Origin: Callorhinchus milii
Taxonomy: Eukaryota
Assembly (NCBI RefSeq): GCF_018977255.1
Contig: NW_024704742.1
Span: forward strand, 94,552,001 to 94,616,000
Length of the DNA: 64,000 bases
Reading direction: 5' to 3'
The number at the start of each line of letters is the position of its first letter. Position 1 is the stretch's first letter. A program made the translations under genes and the position numbers. Under the pieces are notes generated by a model. That model was given only the letters and a program-made list of their open reading frames with translations. It did not search any database and had not been told where the DNA came from. Shown piece after piece: positions 35,701 through 46,164 of this stretch.

Positions 35701-36100
35701 CGAGTAAGGGAGCTAATTATAAAAGAATTATATGATTCAGTATTAAGTTTGAAAAATGTATTTATGGAAATGATAACTATTTGAACAGTTTCACTGCATG
35801 GCTGTATTTTTCACACCCTTGTCCTTTGGACATGGCATTAAATCGTTTGTGCAAAATGAGATGCCAAATTATTTCTTTAATTTCACATTACGCCCGATAC
35901 ATACAGTGGGCTTTTCCTATTGTAACATATTCATGTATTATTTAAACAATCAGTTTAGGATGTGAACAAATACTACCTTTGCAACAATCTTTGAATTCCT
36001 GGGTGATGTCCACCCAGATCACATTGTTCTTTTCCATCTTTTCTGAGATGCCAAGCCCCCAGCCAACATCGTCCTCATCCACAGATGCTTTCGTCACCAT
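8676..36100 (-). CDS. NAA35: NAA35 (MAK10), NatC N-terminal acetyltransferase auxiliary subunit; spliced CDS of 22 exons, 725 aa
   Basis: Exon lengths sum to 2178 nt with consistent phases and GT-AG ends. Protein runs [14 protein letters not shown]...[10 protein letters not shown] and closely matches vertebrate NAA35. Confidence 0.97.
9334..9414 (-). CDS. NAA35: NAA35 exon 22 ([27 protein letters not shown])
   Basis: ttcag|...|gtaag, 81 nt. Confidence 0.95.
9538..10189 (+). mobile_element. L2 LINE 3' fragment
   Basis: L2 C-terminal motifs, 3' stem-loop and (TTG)n tail. Confidence 0.88.
11059..11181 (-). CDS. NAA35: NAA35 exon 21 ([18 protein letters not shown]...PNPDNE)
   Basis: atag|...|gtact, 123 nt. 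Confidence 0.95.
12329..12469 (-). CDS. NAA35: NAA35 exon 20 ([11 protein letters not shown]...HYVQFK)
   Basis: acag|...|gtgag, 141 nt. Confidence 0.95.
12750..12990 (+). mobile_element. possible degenerate Penelope-like GIY-YIG endonuclease fragment
   Basis: ORF text [10 protein letters not shown]...[17 protein letters not shown] resembles the PLE motif FTC..NVVY.I.C..C.K.YVGQT. Confidence 0.3.
13555..13890 (-). mobile_element. degenerate DeuSINE
   Basis: Reverse Deu-like core (gatctttaatgtccacctgaacaggcaga) and SINE tail. Confidence 0.6.
14021..14088 (-). CDS. NAA35: NAA35 exon 19 ([23 protein letters not shown])
   Basis: gcag|...|gtgag, 68 nt. Confidence 0.95.
14535..14671 (-). CDS. NAA35: NAA35 exon 18 ([10 protein letters not shown]...SKKTKKKKK)
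   Basis: acag|...|gtagg, 137 nt. Confidence 0.95.
15775..16705 (+). mobile_element. L2 fragment with a nested 5'-truncated SINE (15874-16088)
   Basis: L2 sequence stops at ...ccaccact and resumes at acctc... after the SINE body and (TTA)n tail. Confidence 0.85.
17150..17655 (+). mobile_element. internally deleted L2 fragment (includes MYADD)
   Basis: catgtatgcggatgacatccaactctac, then the L2 3' tail. Confidence 0.85.
17961..18139 (-). CDS. NAA35: NAA35 exon 17 (AEKVDAALH...EYYYVYW)
   Basis: acag|...|gtgag, 179 nt. Confidence 0.95.
19002..19100 (-). CDS. NAA35: NAA35 exon 16 ([33 protein letters not shown])
   Basis: acag|...|gtatc, 99 nt. Confidence 0.95.
19617..19683 (-). CDS. NAA35: NAA35 exon 15 ([22 protein letters not shown])
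   Basis: ccag|...|gtaag, 67 nt. Confidence 0.95.
19872..20709 (+). mobile_element. L2 LINE 3' fragment
   Basis: 306-aa ORF with KTEALLIG...[11 protein letters not shown]...LHWLPI. Confidence 0.9.
20855..21053 (+). mobile_element. short L2 3' end
   Basis: L2 3' terminus with (TTG)n tail. Confidence 0.7.
21060..21166 (-). CDS. NAA35: NAA35 exon 14 ([12 protein letters not shown]...SPPVLSSK)
   Basis: atag|...|gtgag, 107 nt. Confidence 0.95.
21270..21805 (+). mobile_element. L2 LINE 3' fragment
   Basis: [14 protein letters not shown] motif and 3' stem-loop. Confidence 0.85.
22102..22161 (-). CDS. NAA35: NAA35 exon 13 ([20 protein letters not shown])
   Basis: gcag|...|gtacg, 60 nt. Confidence 0.95.
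22768..23202 (+). mobile_element. apparently full-length DeuSINE (SacSINE1-like)
   Basis: tRNA-like head, Deu core gaagtgccgtccttcggatgagacattaaaccaaggtcccgtct, L2-type tail and (TTA)n. Confidence 0.85.
23261..23439 (-). CDS. NAA35: NAA35 exon 12 ([11 protein letters not shown]...NLHSIL)
   Basis: atag|...|gtaag, 179 nt. Confidence 0.95.
23948..24062 (-). CDS. NAA35: NAA35 exon 11 ([10 protein letters not shown]...QNDTTKG)
   Basis: gcag|...|gtata, 115 nt. Confidence 0.95.
24570..24890 (+). mobile_element. young full-length tRNA-Ala-derived SINE
   Basis: A box TAGCTCAGTGG, anticodon-like arm CTCGC-TT TGC AA-GTGAG, B box GAGTTCAATTCC, L2-type 3' stem-loop, (TTA)n tail. Confidence 0.92.
25551..25634 (-). 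CDS. NAA35: NAA35 exon 10 ([28 protein letters not shown])
   Basis: tcag|...|gtgaa, 84 nt. Confidence 0.95.
25737..27302 (+). mobile_element. L2 LINE fragment lacking the RT core
   Basis: [12 protein letters not shown]...[11 protein letters not shown]...[13 protein letters not shown] joined directly to post-YADD sequence. Confidence 0.9.
28213..28263 (-). CDS. NAA35: NAA35 exon 9 ([17 protein letters not shown])
   Basis: acag|...|gtaag, 51 nt. Confidence 0.95.
28679..28722 (-). CDS. NAA35: NAA35 exon 8 ([15 protein letters not shown])
   Basis: ccag|...|gtact, 44 nt. Confidence 0.95.
29540..29990 (+). mobile_element. old L2 3' fragment
   Basis: Degenerate LHW..RIDFKIL and tail. Confidence 0.65.
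30130..30196 (-). CDS. NAA35: NAA35 exon 7 ([22 protein letters not shown])
   Basis: tcag|...|gtaac, 67 nt. Confidence 0.95.
30593..30909 (-). mobile_element. young tRNA-Ala-derived SINE
   Basis: Near-identical to 24570-24890. Confidence 0.92.
31200..31630 (+). mobile_element. degenerate CR1 LINE 3' end
   Basis: TRGH-like gaacgaggggtcacat, F..D.KKHLFT.RV-like segment and CR1-type 3'UTR; contains a 27-bp tandem duplication at ~31453-31508. Confidence 0.55.
31804..31971 (-). CDS. NAA35: NAA35 exon 6 ([11 protein letters not shown]...AAVFEE)
   Basis: acag|...|gtacg, 168 nt. Confidence 0.95.
32405..32479 (-). CDS. NAA35: NAA35 exon 5 ([25 protein letters not shown])
   Basis: gaag|...|gtaag, 75 nt. 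Confidence 0.93.
34181..34295 (-). CDS. NAA35: NAA35 exon 4 ([21 protein letters not shown]...EQAVK)
   Basis: ttag|...|gtatg, 115 nt. Confidence 0.95.
34786..34819 (-). CDS. NAA35: NAA35 exon 3 ([12 protein letters not shown])
   Basis: tcag|...|gtaag, 34 nt. Confidence 0.93.
35977..36100 (-). CDS. NAA35: NAA35 exon 2 coding part (exon 35977-36107; ATG at 36100)
   Basis: tttcag|agttaccATGG (good Kozak context)...AAAG|gtagt; [17 protein letters not shown]. Confidence 0.95.
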
Positions 36101-37051
36101 GGTAACTCTGAAAACCAAATTGTACAATTATAAACAATTCCACATCCTCTTCCCATTTCCATTTTAGAACAGAACTCAACTATTGGAGCGGCCTGTTTAT
36201 CTGTTTATCTGAACCCCCTGTGTGAATTCCTTGTAACCCTGATAAACAAAAAAGCCATCAAACAAAAAGCTAATGGTGTCTATATTGTTGGAATTTATTA
36301 TTCGTCTGTGATCACTATGTACCTACCCTCATAAATATCAAGGAGCGTTAAACAACAAAGGCATGCAAAGGACTGGACAGACGAGTGGGTTCAGCCCTCA
36401 ATAACGCTACCCTGTGTGAAGGACAAATGTAAATGTTTTTGTTGTTAATTGTATCTCTGAGGGTATGAACTACCAACAAACAAACTGCTCCTAATTTGGT
36501 AATCTTACACAGAGGACAAAATAATAGCTAATGTAGAAAGTGAATGGACAGAAAAATACAGGACATGATAAAAACACAGCAGTCCATTGGCCAGTACCAA
36601 AGTTTAAATCAGAAAGCAGGGATGATGTGTGCCTAATTTAACATGTATATGCAGCTCATGCTCATTGATCTCGGAAGGCTAATGTGATTTCCAATACAAC
36701 AGAACAGTTGATGGGACAATCTACTCATTCCTGAAACTAAGCGCTCTGAGATGCCATCCGTCGTGGAGGGCACAATATAAATCCAAGTTGTTGTTCAGTT
36801 GTTGTTGAAATGTAAAGACTATATGACTATGTTTTAGTCTTATTCTTTAAATTTGAAAAGTTGGACTCTGCACCAACTGGAGTTATAATGACATTTGGTG
36901 TTAGGTGGTCCTCGCAATTGTTCTGCACCAATGCTAAAAGTTCAGTATAACTGGGGCAAAGTAAAGAAGACAAATTGTGGAAAATCCATCTATTCACTTT
37001 CCATCAGGAAAGAAAATGGAGAATTCATTCAAGTTTTGGAATTATAGGAAT

Positions 37052-38153
37052 AAACAACAACAACAACAAGATTGCATTTATAGAGCGCCTTTCACGTCGG
37101 GAGGACGTCCCAAGGCGCTGTACAGTTGGGTCAGGACCCGAGCAAGGGGGAAATTGGTGAGGGAAGGGAGGGAGCGAGGAGGGGGTAGAGAGTCGAGAGG
37201 GGAGCTGAAGGCACGGTCAAAGAGAAAGGTCTTGAGACCGGCTTTGAAGGAGGAAAGGGAGGAAGCGGCGAAGGCACTGGGGGATGGAGTTCCAGAGCCT
37301 CGGGGCTGAGAGGCTGAAGGCCCGGCCACCGATGGTAGTGCGGTTGGGGCGGGGGATGTGGAGCAGACCGGAGCCAGAGGAACGGAGGGTACGGGCAGGT
37401 AGGTAGGAGGATAGTAGGTCAGAGAGGTAGGAGGGAGCAAGGCCGTGAATGGCCTTGTAGGTGAAGATGAGGATTTTGAATTCGATCCTCTGGGGGATGG
37501 GGAGCCAGTGGAGGCGAGCGAGGGTGGGAGTGATGTGGTCCCGAAGCCTGGTGCGGGACAGTACACGAGCTGCAGAGTTCTGAATGACCTGCAGCTTGTG
37601 GAGGGAGGTGGCGGGAAGGCCGGCGAGGAGAGAGTTCCCATAGTCCAGCCTTGAGGTGATAAAGGCGTGGACCAGGTTTCAGCAGCGTGAGGGGTGAGGT
37701 AGTGCCGTAGTCTGGCGATGTTCCGGAGGTGATGGAAGGCGGTGCCAGTTGTGGTGCGGATATGAGGGAGAAACGACAGCTCAGGGTCGAACAAAACGCC
37801 GAGGTTCCTGACTGGCTTTGAGAGGTGGAGAGTGCAGCCTTGGATGCTGATGGTGTCAGCGCCTGAGGTGCGGAGGCGCTGACGTGAGCCAATCAGGAGG
37901 GCCTCAGTTTTGCGCACGTTGAGCTGAAGAAAGTTGTCTCTCGTCCAGGACTCGATGTCGGACAGGCAGGCTGTCAGGACATCGGTGGTCGTGGAGTTGA
38001 GGGTAGAGGAGGAAAGGTAGAGTTGGGTGTCATCCGCATACATGTGGAAGTTAACCCCATGTCTGCGGATGATGTCACCAAGGGGGAGCATATAGAGGGT
38101 GAAGAGGAGGGGACCGAGGACAGAGCCCTGAGGGACACCGCACGAGACAGTAT
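37052..38153 (-). mobile_element. young L2 LINE, 5'-truncated inside the RT domain, frameshifted
   Basis: [41 protein letters not shown]; nearly identical to 2643-3272 where they overlap. Confidence 0.93.
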
Positions 38154-39229
38154 GTTTGTTATAAACAAAGTATAAACTATAATAGTGTTAATTTTAACCT
38201 GGAAAGTAGGACAACAGGAAGCAGTTTTTAAAATTCCTGGATAAGGAATTCAGGAAATATTTCTTGCTTAGGGTTTCAACATTTAAAAATAATATGGCAC
38301 TTCTTGCAGTTAGTTGCAGGTACATCTTTCAGAAATGATCTATGAAACAAACTCTCATCTACTTTGGTTAGCCTGGTCAACAATTCCTCATACAAAATTG
38401 ATCATTCATGTCACAGCTGTTTTATGGAACATTGCTATATATAAACAGGTTGCCATATTTTGCAGTACATACACATTTTGCAGTAAATCCTGTGAAGCAC
38501 TTTGAAACATTTTGATGACTTGATAATATGTCATATCATTATTATATTCTTTGAAAAATGAACTTGAGACCTATAATGCAGGAGTACAGAAAGTTATAAG
38601 ATGACAGTATAGCAATGTTTGATCAGAGATTCAGTAACCAGAGAACAATGAATTGGGGTAATTTGCAACAACAATTTATAGTAAGCAATACAATTGACGT
38701 GCAAACTAACATGTTTGGGAAGGGAACAGAGACAGGGTAATTAAGGATGCACACATCAAGGAGTGCAATATTCTGAACTCTACACTAGCAGGATCTGGTC
38801 AAGGCAAAGGGAAGGCAAGCTATTAAAAACCTGAGCAAGTTGGGGCTATTGCAAAGTCAGATGACGATGAACCAGGTTTGAGGCTAAGCATCCGAGAGAT
38901 GAAGCCAGATCAGTGAGTCACATCGCTTTTTAAGGGATCACAAATACACAAAAACAATTCTAAATATTTTTTTGTTGCTGGTTGGGAAGTAATCATTCAT
39001 AGTTAAAAGGTTCCTCTGAACTGGTGCAATGTTGGGCAAGTCTGGTGTTGGACTTCAGATCCTGATATCCTTGGGGCCTGGAGGGAGCATCATGCTGAGT
39101 TGGTGTCTGACCCGACAGGCCATAGTAGAGATTCAGCATTATGAAAGTTGGAAAAATTAACAGAGGGTTTTGATTAGATACAAGGGTTTAAAGAACTATC
39201 TGCTGGGAGGAACTGGATTCTTCATTACT

Positions 39230-39544
39230 TTAATAATAATAATCCTTGAATTTGATATAGCGCTTTTCACGTCGGGAGGACGTCCCAAAGCACTTCACAG
39301 AATACACTGTAAAGTGAATTCACTGTACATTTGTGGGCGAACGCGGCAGCCAATTGCGCACAGCAATGTCCCACAAACAGTCGTAGATTGAAAATGACCA
39401 ATTTATTATTGGTTTTTTTTTTGGAGGGATTATTATTAGGTGTGTGGAATAAGGAAACTTGCCCAAGGTTTCGCCCTGCCTGGAATTGAACTCAGGTCTC
39501 TCACTTGCAAAGCGAGTGCTCTAACCACTGAGCTACAGGACTCC
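39230..39544 (-). mobile_element. young tRNA-Ala-derived SINE
   Basis: Near-identical to 24570-24890. Confidence 0.92.
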
Positions 39545-40987
39545 ACGTGTTGCCTCCATGTTGCCTTGCTAATGTATGAATACTGAATTCTTAAAAGGAG
39601 AGATCTTAGAAACAATGCCAGAAACCACCAATTCATCCTTCTGCCCACTTCAGGGTCAAGGAACAAGCTACAAATTGGATTTGCGGAAAAAAGTGAAAAC
39701 ATTGCTAGGAAAAAAGCCTTCAGCCTATTAGTAAGTAACCTGGTGGTGGAGTTAGCTTCATGCCCGGCATTTCACTTTCCCCGCATGAGGGTCTGGAATA
39801 AGTCATTGAAAATAGTAAGCATAAGCTTGGAGTCTCCCAGTGCACGAAGGACAGCGGTAAGGGCATGCGGCAGGAGAAAGAGTGAACAAGCAAAGAAATT
39901 GATCAAATTCCAATGGAGGAAAATCCATGCAAATGCGCCGACAGTAGCAAAAATGACAATCAAGTAGAGGAAGAGGGCATCAGAATAGATTTTATTTTTC
40001 CTCAATAAGGCATAATTGTCCAGGTAAATTGTTCAGTTCTAGAGCTCGATAGTGTGTGTGTTTCTTCGCTCTCCCTAACGATTAATAATAAAATAAGGAA
40101 AATCAGTTATTGGGCAGATAAGAAACAGTATCTAACAAATCTTGGAGCAAGTGGCACATAACTCCAGTAAAAGTGGTAACAAAGAAGGTTTGTATAAGTC
40201 ACAATAAGCCACAAGACAAACACACAAACACAACAGAATAACATCCCACAGGATAAATTCATTCACTAGTTATGTCAGAGCAAGACATTGAACACGTGGG
40301 GCATGTTTCATCAAGTACTCCTACACCGGTTACAGTTCCACTCCTCCCAAAGTTAAAAAAAAGACCGATTTCACCTGCCAAGTCACACTTAAAGCGCGTG
40401 TCTGCAACAAACAAACAATAACAACAATTTACATTTGCATAGTGCCTTTCAAGCCGCGAGGACATCCCAAGGTGCTGGACAGTCCCTGCACTTATTTGAT
40501 GTCGCACCTTTTCACACCAGGAAGAAATCACAACAAGAATTTGCATATATATATATATATACACACACATACATTTTTAGGGCAGGGGACATGGCGCAGA
40601 CCAGTGCCTCAAAGCGCTTCACAAGACTTTGACTGTAATTAATGTTCAAAAAACACGAGTTTAATAAAATGAATCCGGGGGGGAGGAGGGGGGGGGGGGG
40701 GGAGTTTTTTTCCGGGGGGGGAATTCTGTCCATTTGCTTGCCCTAATGCAAAGTTGATGAAAGACTGGGTTCACGTTAAATAATAAAACGAGAGAGAAAG
40801 AGAAGTCAAAGGCACAATCTGACCCGGGGCTCGGACTCGGGGCCCCGCGGCGGCGGCGGCGGCTCTGAGGGGGGACACAGAGACACACACCGAGCGCGGC
40901 CACTGACAGACAGACAGACAGCTGAACCCCCGCAGCTCTGACGGGTCCAGCGAGAGGCGGCCTCGGTGAGGAGCCGCTGCCATTTAC

Positions 40988-41060
40988 CTCAGAGTCGAAC
41001 CGCTTCCACTCCCGTCACCGAGTGCCCCGGTTGGCGGCCATGTTGCTGTCAGTCACGCCC
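40988..41060 (-). other. NAA35: putative non-coding exon 1 of NAA35
   Basis: Donor GAG|GTAAAT at 40988/40987 inside the CpG island; TSS position is only estimated. Confidence 0.55.
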
Positions 41061-41269
41061 CGCCCCCCCGCCGCCGCGTGGCACGCTGGGAATTATAGTC
41101 CTCCAGGGCCGCTCGCGCCGCCGCCGCCGCCGGAAGTTCGCCGCTGTTGCTGTGCGAGAGGGAGGCGCCTGGCAACGCCCCTCCCCCCCCCCTCCCCTCC
41201 TCCTCCTGGAGGAGACAACTGGGAGGCAGCACTGCCCCACAGGACGTTCGTTCATTCGTTCATCTCATG

Positions 41270-41470
41270 TAATGATAATAATAATAATAATAATAATAAT
41301 GATGATCATAATCCTTGCATTTGACACAGCGCCTTATCACAATCCTCGAGACGTCCCAAAGCGCTTTGGCCCTGACGTGTGGTGACGGTGCGCCTGCGTT
41401 TTGTAGGCCGACGAGGCGGACGGTTTGCGCGCAGCAAACGTCCCGCAAGCAGCCGTGGGATGAATTCCCA
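41270..41470 (-). mobile_element. SINE 3' half within the CpG island
   Basis: (ATA)n + atccttgcatttga + gacgtcccaaagcgctt. Confidence 0.7.
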
Positions 41471-43184
41471 TGCAATGCAATCAGGAATCTTCCAGTTATC
41501 ATTTCTGCTTTCTGACCCCCGTGTTACTGAAAATGTAGAGCAATTTGAGCGACTAGTTTTGAGTTTTTTTTTAAAAAACACATTGCAAGTAGGACCGTTT
41601 GTTTTTGTGACTTAACCGAAATATAAAGAACTGTACCGCAGGTGGTGATTTTTCTTCTACTTGCTGACCTAGGAAAAAAGATGTAGAGTATCTACTGTGG
41701 CAACAGCGCAGAAGGTTAGTATTAAGAGAAAGTGGGAGAGTTGATCTATCCCTCTGGTTGTTACGCTACCATAATGGAAATTAGATTATAGAAAATGTGA
41801 GGTGCAACACTGGTTAAGGAAAGTTTGCGCAGAAATCAGATATGGACACGTAAACTCTTTCGGTATAGGTTTCTTCAGTTTTGAAATAGAATATCTTAAC
41901 AATTTCCCCAAATTCTGCATAATCTTAACTTTAGATTAAGTTAGACAAAATTGCCTTCCACACCAAGACTTAAGAACTCAAGGTATCCTCCCAACCTCCT
42001 CTTGGTTTTAATTTATCAAAGAGTGGCATTATTTATGAATCTTTTCTTTTATTGCATATTGCCATTTGACCCAATTTTCGAACTCTTCCGCAAATATATA
42101 TTTTAAAAAAAGTTAACATTCTTGTCTAGTATGGACTCAGAATGAAAGTTTTTCTTCTAATTGGACTGCCAAGCTTAAATCTAAACAATTGACAATTTTG
42201 AAGTTGAAAATGATGATCCCGGAGGTAACGTGATTAAAGGAGAGGCAAATGGAACTTTGCGCCTGTGAACTTTCAGTATTGGGCACAATATCATGAGGGA
42301 AGTGTGTAAGGAACTGAGCATTTATATCCACTTCCTGAGCCTGGCTGAGTTGGCAGCACTGACTTTCTGAGTTAGAGGGTTTTATTTTTGAAACATCAAG
42401 ACTTTGAAATACCTCTGACACTCCAATTGTCAGATGTATTGTCCTTTGTTTGAGATGTTAAACTAAGGTCCAGTTTGCACGTTCAGGTAGACATTAAGGA
42501 TCCCATGGCAATATTCAGAATTGGCCATTCACGGCCAAATGGTTGTTCATGGGTCATCACTGTGCACAAATTTGCTGCTGCATTTGCCTGCAAAATATGC
42601 AGTAGGTCCTGTGAAATGTTTTGAATTGTGCTCCCAATGTGAAAGATGCTATCTTAAATTTAGGGATTATTAATATAATACTGTAATTCTTATGTATAAT
42701 AATATATATTTGATATAGCACCTTATTACATTGAAAACATCTCAAAGTAACTACTGTTAGGCAGCCAATTTGGTGGGAGATTTGGTCTCAACTACCACCA
42801 AAAAGGTGCATGGTGCATGTACACAGAAAAGTGAAAAGGGAGGAAATGGAAGATATTTCTGTATAAAGACCAGATATCTCTATATAACGTGTTAAATACC
42901 AATTTCTAGTAAAGTCGCTAACTTATTTTTTAAAATACAGATTTGAAGCTTGTGCAAAGTTATGATCTTCCACCATTGGAAAAACCTGGATTCTACGAAG
43001 GTAAAAATAACTCTTTAACACTCTGTCTTTAACTGTATGTCTTAAATGCATAAATATTATTTATGAGTCCAGGTAGCCAATTCATTGCATGAATAATTTG
43101 GGGAAGTACATCTTTTTGAGTTATTGTAGTTTAAACGGCAAAGTATATGCTTTTATTAATCATCTTTTTTAATTTGTCCTATAA

Positions 43185-44060
43185 GAATAAGCTCTGCATT
43201 TGATATAGTGCTTTTTTCATGGTGTCAAAACATCTCAAATGCTTCATAGGATTTACATTAAAGTGTAGTGACGGTGTATTTTAGGTAAATGTGTGTACAT
43301 CAGCCAGAGAGTGAATAACCAATTTTTTATCTAGGGCATTGTTGTCCACGACACTGGGAGAAACTCCCTTCTCTTTTTGAATAGTGCTTTAACGTCCACT
43401 TGCACAGATACACGGGACCTTAGTTTAATGTCTTATCCGAAGGATGGTACTTCCAACAATGAAATGCACCCCTAGATAATGCTGAACAATATTAAACCAC
43501 CTCCAACAAATACTGCTCCCCCAGCATTTCGTTGGTGTATCAGTGAAGACTGTGAGCTCAAAGTCCTGATGTGGGGTTTGTGGCCTCAGTTTGTAGCATT
43601 CTTGCCTCGGAGTCAGGAGGTTGTGGGTTCAAGCCCCACGTTGGGACTTGGAATGCGTTTTGTCTATGCTGACACTCCATTGCGGTCCTCAGTGTGTGTT
43701 GCATTGATGGAGGTGCTGTCCTTCGGAGGCAATGTTAAATTGAGATTCTGATGATAAATCTGCTGGTTTAAGTAAAACTACAATCTTTGTAGTAACTTTG
43801 AAGATTTAACATGAAAAGATCCCATTGCACTATTCAAAAAGAGAAGGAAGTTGTTCCTGGTGTCCTGGCCAACAATTGCCCAAATAGAATTGGTCATTCA
43901 CTTCATGGCCATTTGTGGGGTATTATTGTATTCAACTTGGCTTCCAGGTTTACCCACAAAACACATAGTCACTTCACTTTGCAGTATATATTATCTAAGT
44001 GCTTTGGGACATCCTAATGATCTGAAAGGCACTAAATCACATGCAAGGATTATATTATTT
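43185..44060. mobile_element. two DeuSINEs head-to-head (43185-43578 minus; 43580-44060 plus)
   Basis: Deu-like cores in both orientations, with tails at the outer ends. Confidence 0.7.
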
Positions 44061-45419
44061 TGAACTCACAACTTTCCGAGACTGGAATGCCAGCTGCAGA
44101 GTTGTGGAGAGATCCCTTTAAAGATAATGACAATTAATGTACAACCAATAGGAGGGATTCAGGAAGTATAAAAGTACACTGGGACAGGGTCAGTGGGGTA
44201 TGGTCCTTGTAGGTTTGAAGTGTGTTGGGTTGAGACACATAAGTATTTGGAGTATTTCTTATGACAAGAATCAGGCTGACACCTGAAAGCATTCTCTGAA
44301 AATAACCTGTGTTACAAAGGAAGAATTGCAGTCTTTTGGTTTTTCTAAGAATATAAAATAAAATTGTCACTATCTGGAATTTAGCAATATGAACACATTG
44401 GCTGAGATTTTGTGGCTGATAGCTGAAATACATTTTAAAAAGGATATATTTTATTGTAATTAAAATAAAACATAGATTTTTTTTGTTTGGGTGAACTGTA
44501 TTTAAAACCATTTTACCAGGTTTCTAAACAGATGTACATGGTGATGATTACATAACCTATCATGTTTGTGCTAAGTACTTTAGAAATTAATTTAAAAATA
44601 GGTCTATAAACTGCATGACAATAGTCTACAGGAAGTATTGCATCTGTTACAATAGAAATATTGTAAAAATAGAGCCGGTTTAACATGAAAAAGGGTTCAA
44701 AAGAGCATGTAAACAAAAGTATCCAGTCTATTTTACCAGGCTAAAATGTTCCTGTTTATTGTTTAATGCATTCTTGTTAGCAATTTGAATTTGCTTCTAG
44801 TTCTGTTCACAGCTCAGATTTGCAGAGATAGCTTTTTGTGTTTTGTTCAATATGAATATATTGGCTGAGATTTTGCAGCTGGCAGCTGAGATATTAAATG
44901 ACCAATGTACTGTACGTGCTGACTTTCAATTAACAACAGACCTTCTCAGAAGATTGATATCAGTTTACACTCGCCTTATCCCAATTTTGTGCATCAGAGG
45001 CTCAAATAAAACAATCAGTGAATTGATTGTTTTGCTGTGTGTTAGAATTGCGGTTTCAAAAGATTGTTTTGTGCATTTGTATCTCATCAGCAGTCAGTGC
45101 CGATTTGCTCCACAAACAACCCGAAGCCAGGTATTGAACAGAATATTTGTTTACATGCAAATTTTCTTTGATCTCTGTCACCCTGTCCAGTGTTTGCATC
45201 AGCAAATGACCTTAAACATGCAGTCTTATTCAGAACATTTTTGGGGAGAAAATAAACACTAACAATTTAAAGAAGTTTATATACTTGCTTTCAATGTGAT
45301 TATTCTACTAAACATGACATTCATGTCATGTTCGACCTGTTGTAATTACAAAACACCATATGCTACATATGTGGCTATGTTGGGCGCCTATAAACTTTCT
45401 AGCTTGAGTTTTAAGGGTC

Positions 45420-45760
45420 GGGGTGGGGGAGGCGGGAGGGCAGGGTGGGAAGCAGGGAGATCGAAAGCTTGGTCGAAGAGGAGGGTCTTGAGGTGGGTCT
45501 TGAAGGTGGCGAGGGAGGGGGTGAGACGGAGGGACTGTGGAATGGAGATCCAAAGGGTGGGTGCGGAGTGGTGGAAGGCCCTTTAGCCGATATCGGGCGA
45601 GCAAGGTGGGAGATGTGAAGCAGACCAGAGCCTGCTGAGCGGAGGGAGCAAACAGGATGATAGGGGGTTAGGAGGTCGGAAAGGTAGAGGGGAGCAAGAC
45701 CATAGATGACTTTGACGGTGAGGACCAGGATCTTGAACTTTATCCTCTGTGTGATGGGAT
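45420..45760 (-). mobile_element. L2 3' fragment
   Basis: [23 protein letters not shown]. Confidence 0.8.
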
Positions 45761-46164
45761 AAAAGGTTAATTGACTTATTACAAGCTCTCTGCACAACTG
45801 TAGCACTGCAGTGTTCCTAATTTGATATTCCAGACCACTTGTCCCATTATCCTATTTGATTGTTTTTCAGCATCCGCAAAGTAGCTTTTAATCACTGCTG
45901 CATTTGGTCGGCAAAGTTACTTTGGAGGTCTTTCCCCTTTCACTACCCGCGCCGGCCGCTTGCCTCCATTTTCATATCCAAAGTGCACTACATTATCTCA
46001 AACTTTGTTAAGTTGAATCTGGTCTGCCTTATATCTGCCCAATTATTTATCTATGACCATTACAATTTTCGATTGATACTGTACCTCTGAGCTTTGTATC
46101 ATTAGCAATTCTGTTTATACTCCCCATTCTCACGTAGCTGTGCCCTCAACTCCTTGATAAATAA

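Larger units (their letters stand above)
40800..41470. promoter_or_regulatory. CpG island / NAA35 promoter: YY1-like motif 41033-41045, GC box ~41058-41066, ZNF143/THAP11-like motif 41085-41100, ETS CCGGAAGT 41130-41137
   Basis: Dense CpG and (GCC)n. Minus-strand GACTATAATTCCCAGC approximates ACTACAnnTCCCAG. Minus-strand CAACATGGCCGCC approximates the YY1 motif. Confidence 0.8.

Noticed and set aside
37078..38091. 337-aa ORF as a functional reverse transcriptase gene
   Set aside because: 5'-truncated L2 that frameshifts after AAET. The same applies to 19867-20787, 26342-27206 and 52851-54119.
39772..40005. 77-aa hydrophobic ORF in NAA35 intron 1 as a membrane microprotein
   Set aside because: No recognisable homology or splice context, and the opposite-strand frames contain stops. 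Hydrophobicity is expected from T-rich sequence.
40771..41615. Overlapping GC-rich ORFs in the CpG island
   Set aside because: Low-complexity products of GC-rich, stop-poor DNA and microsatellites.
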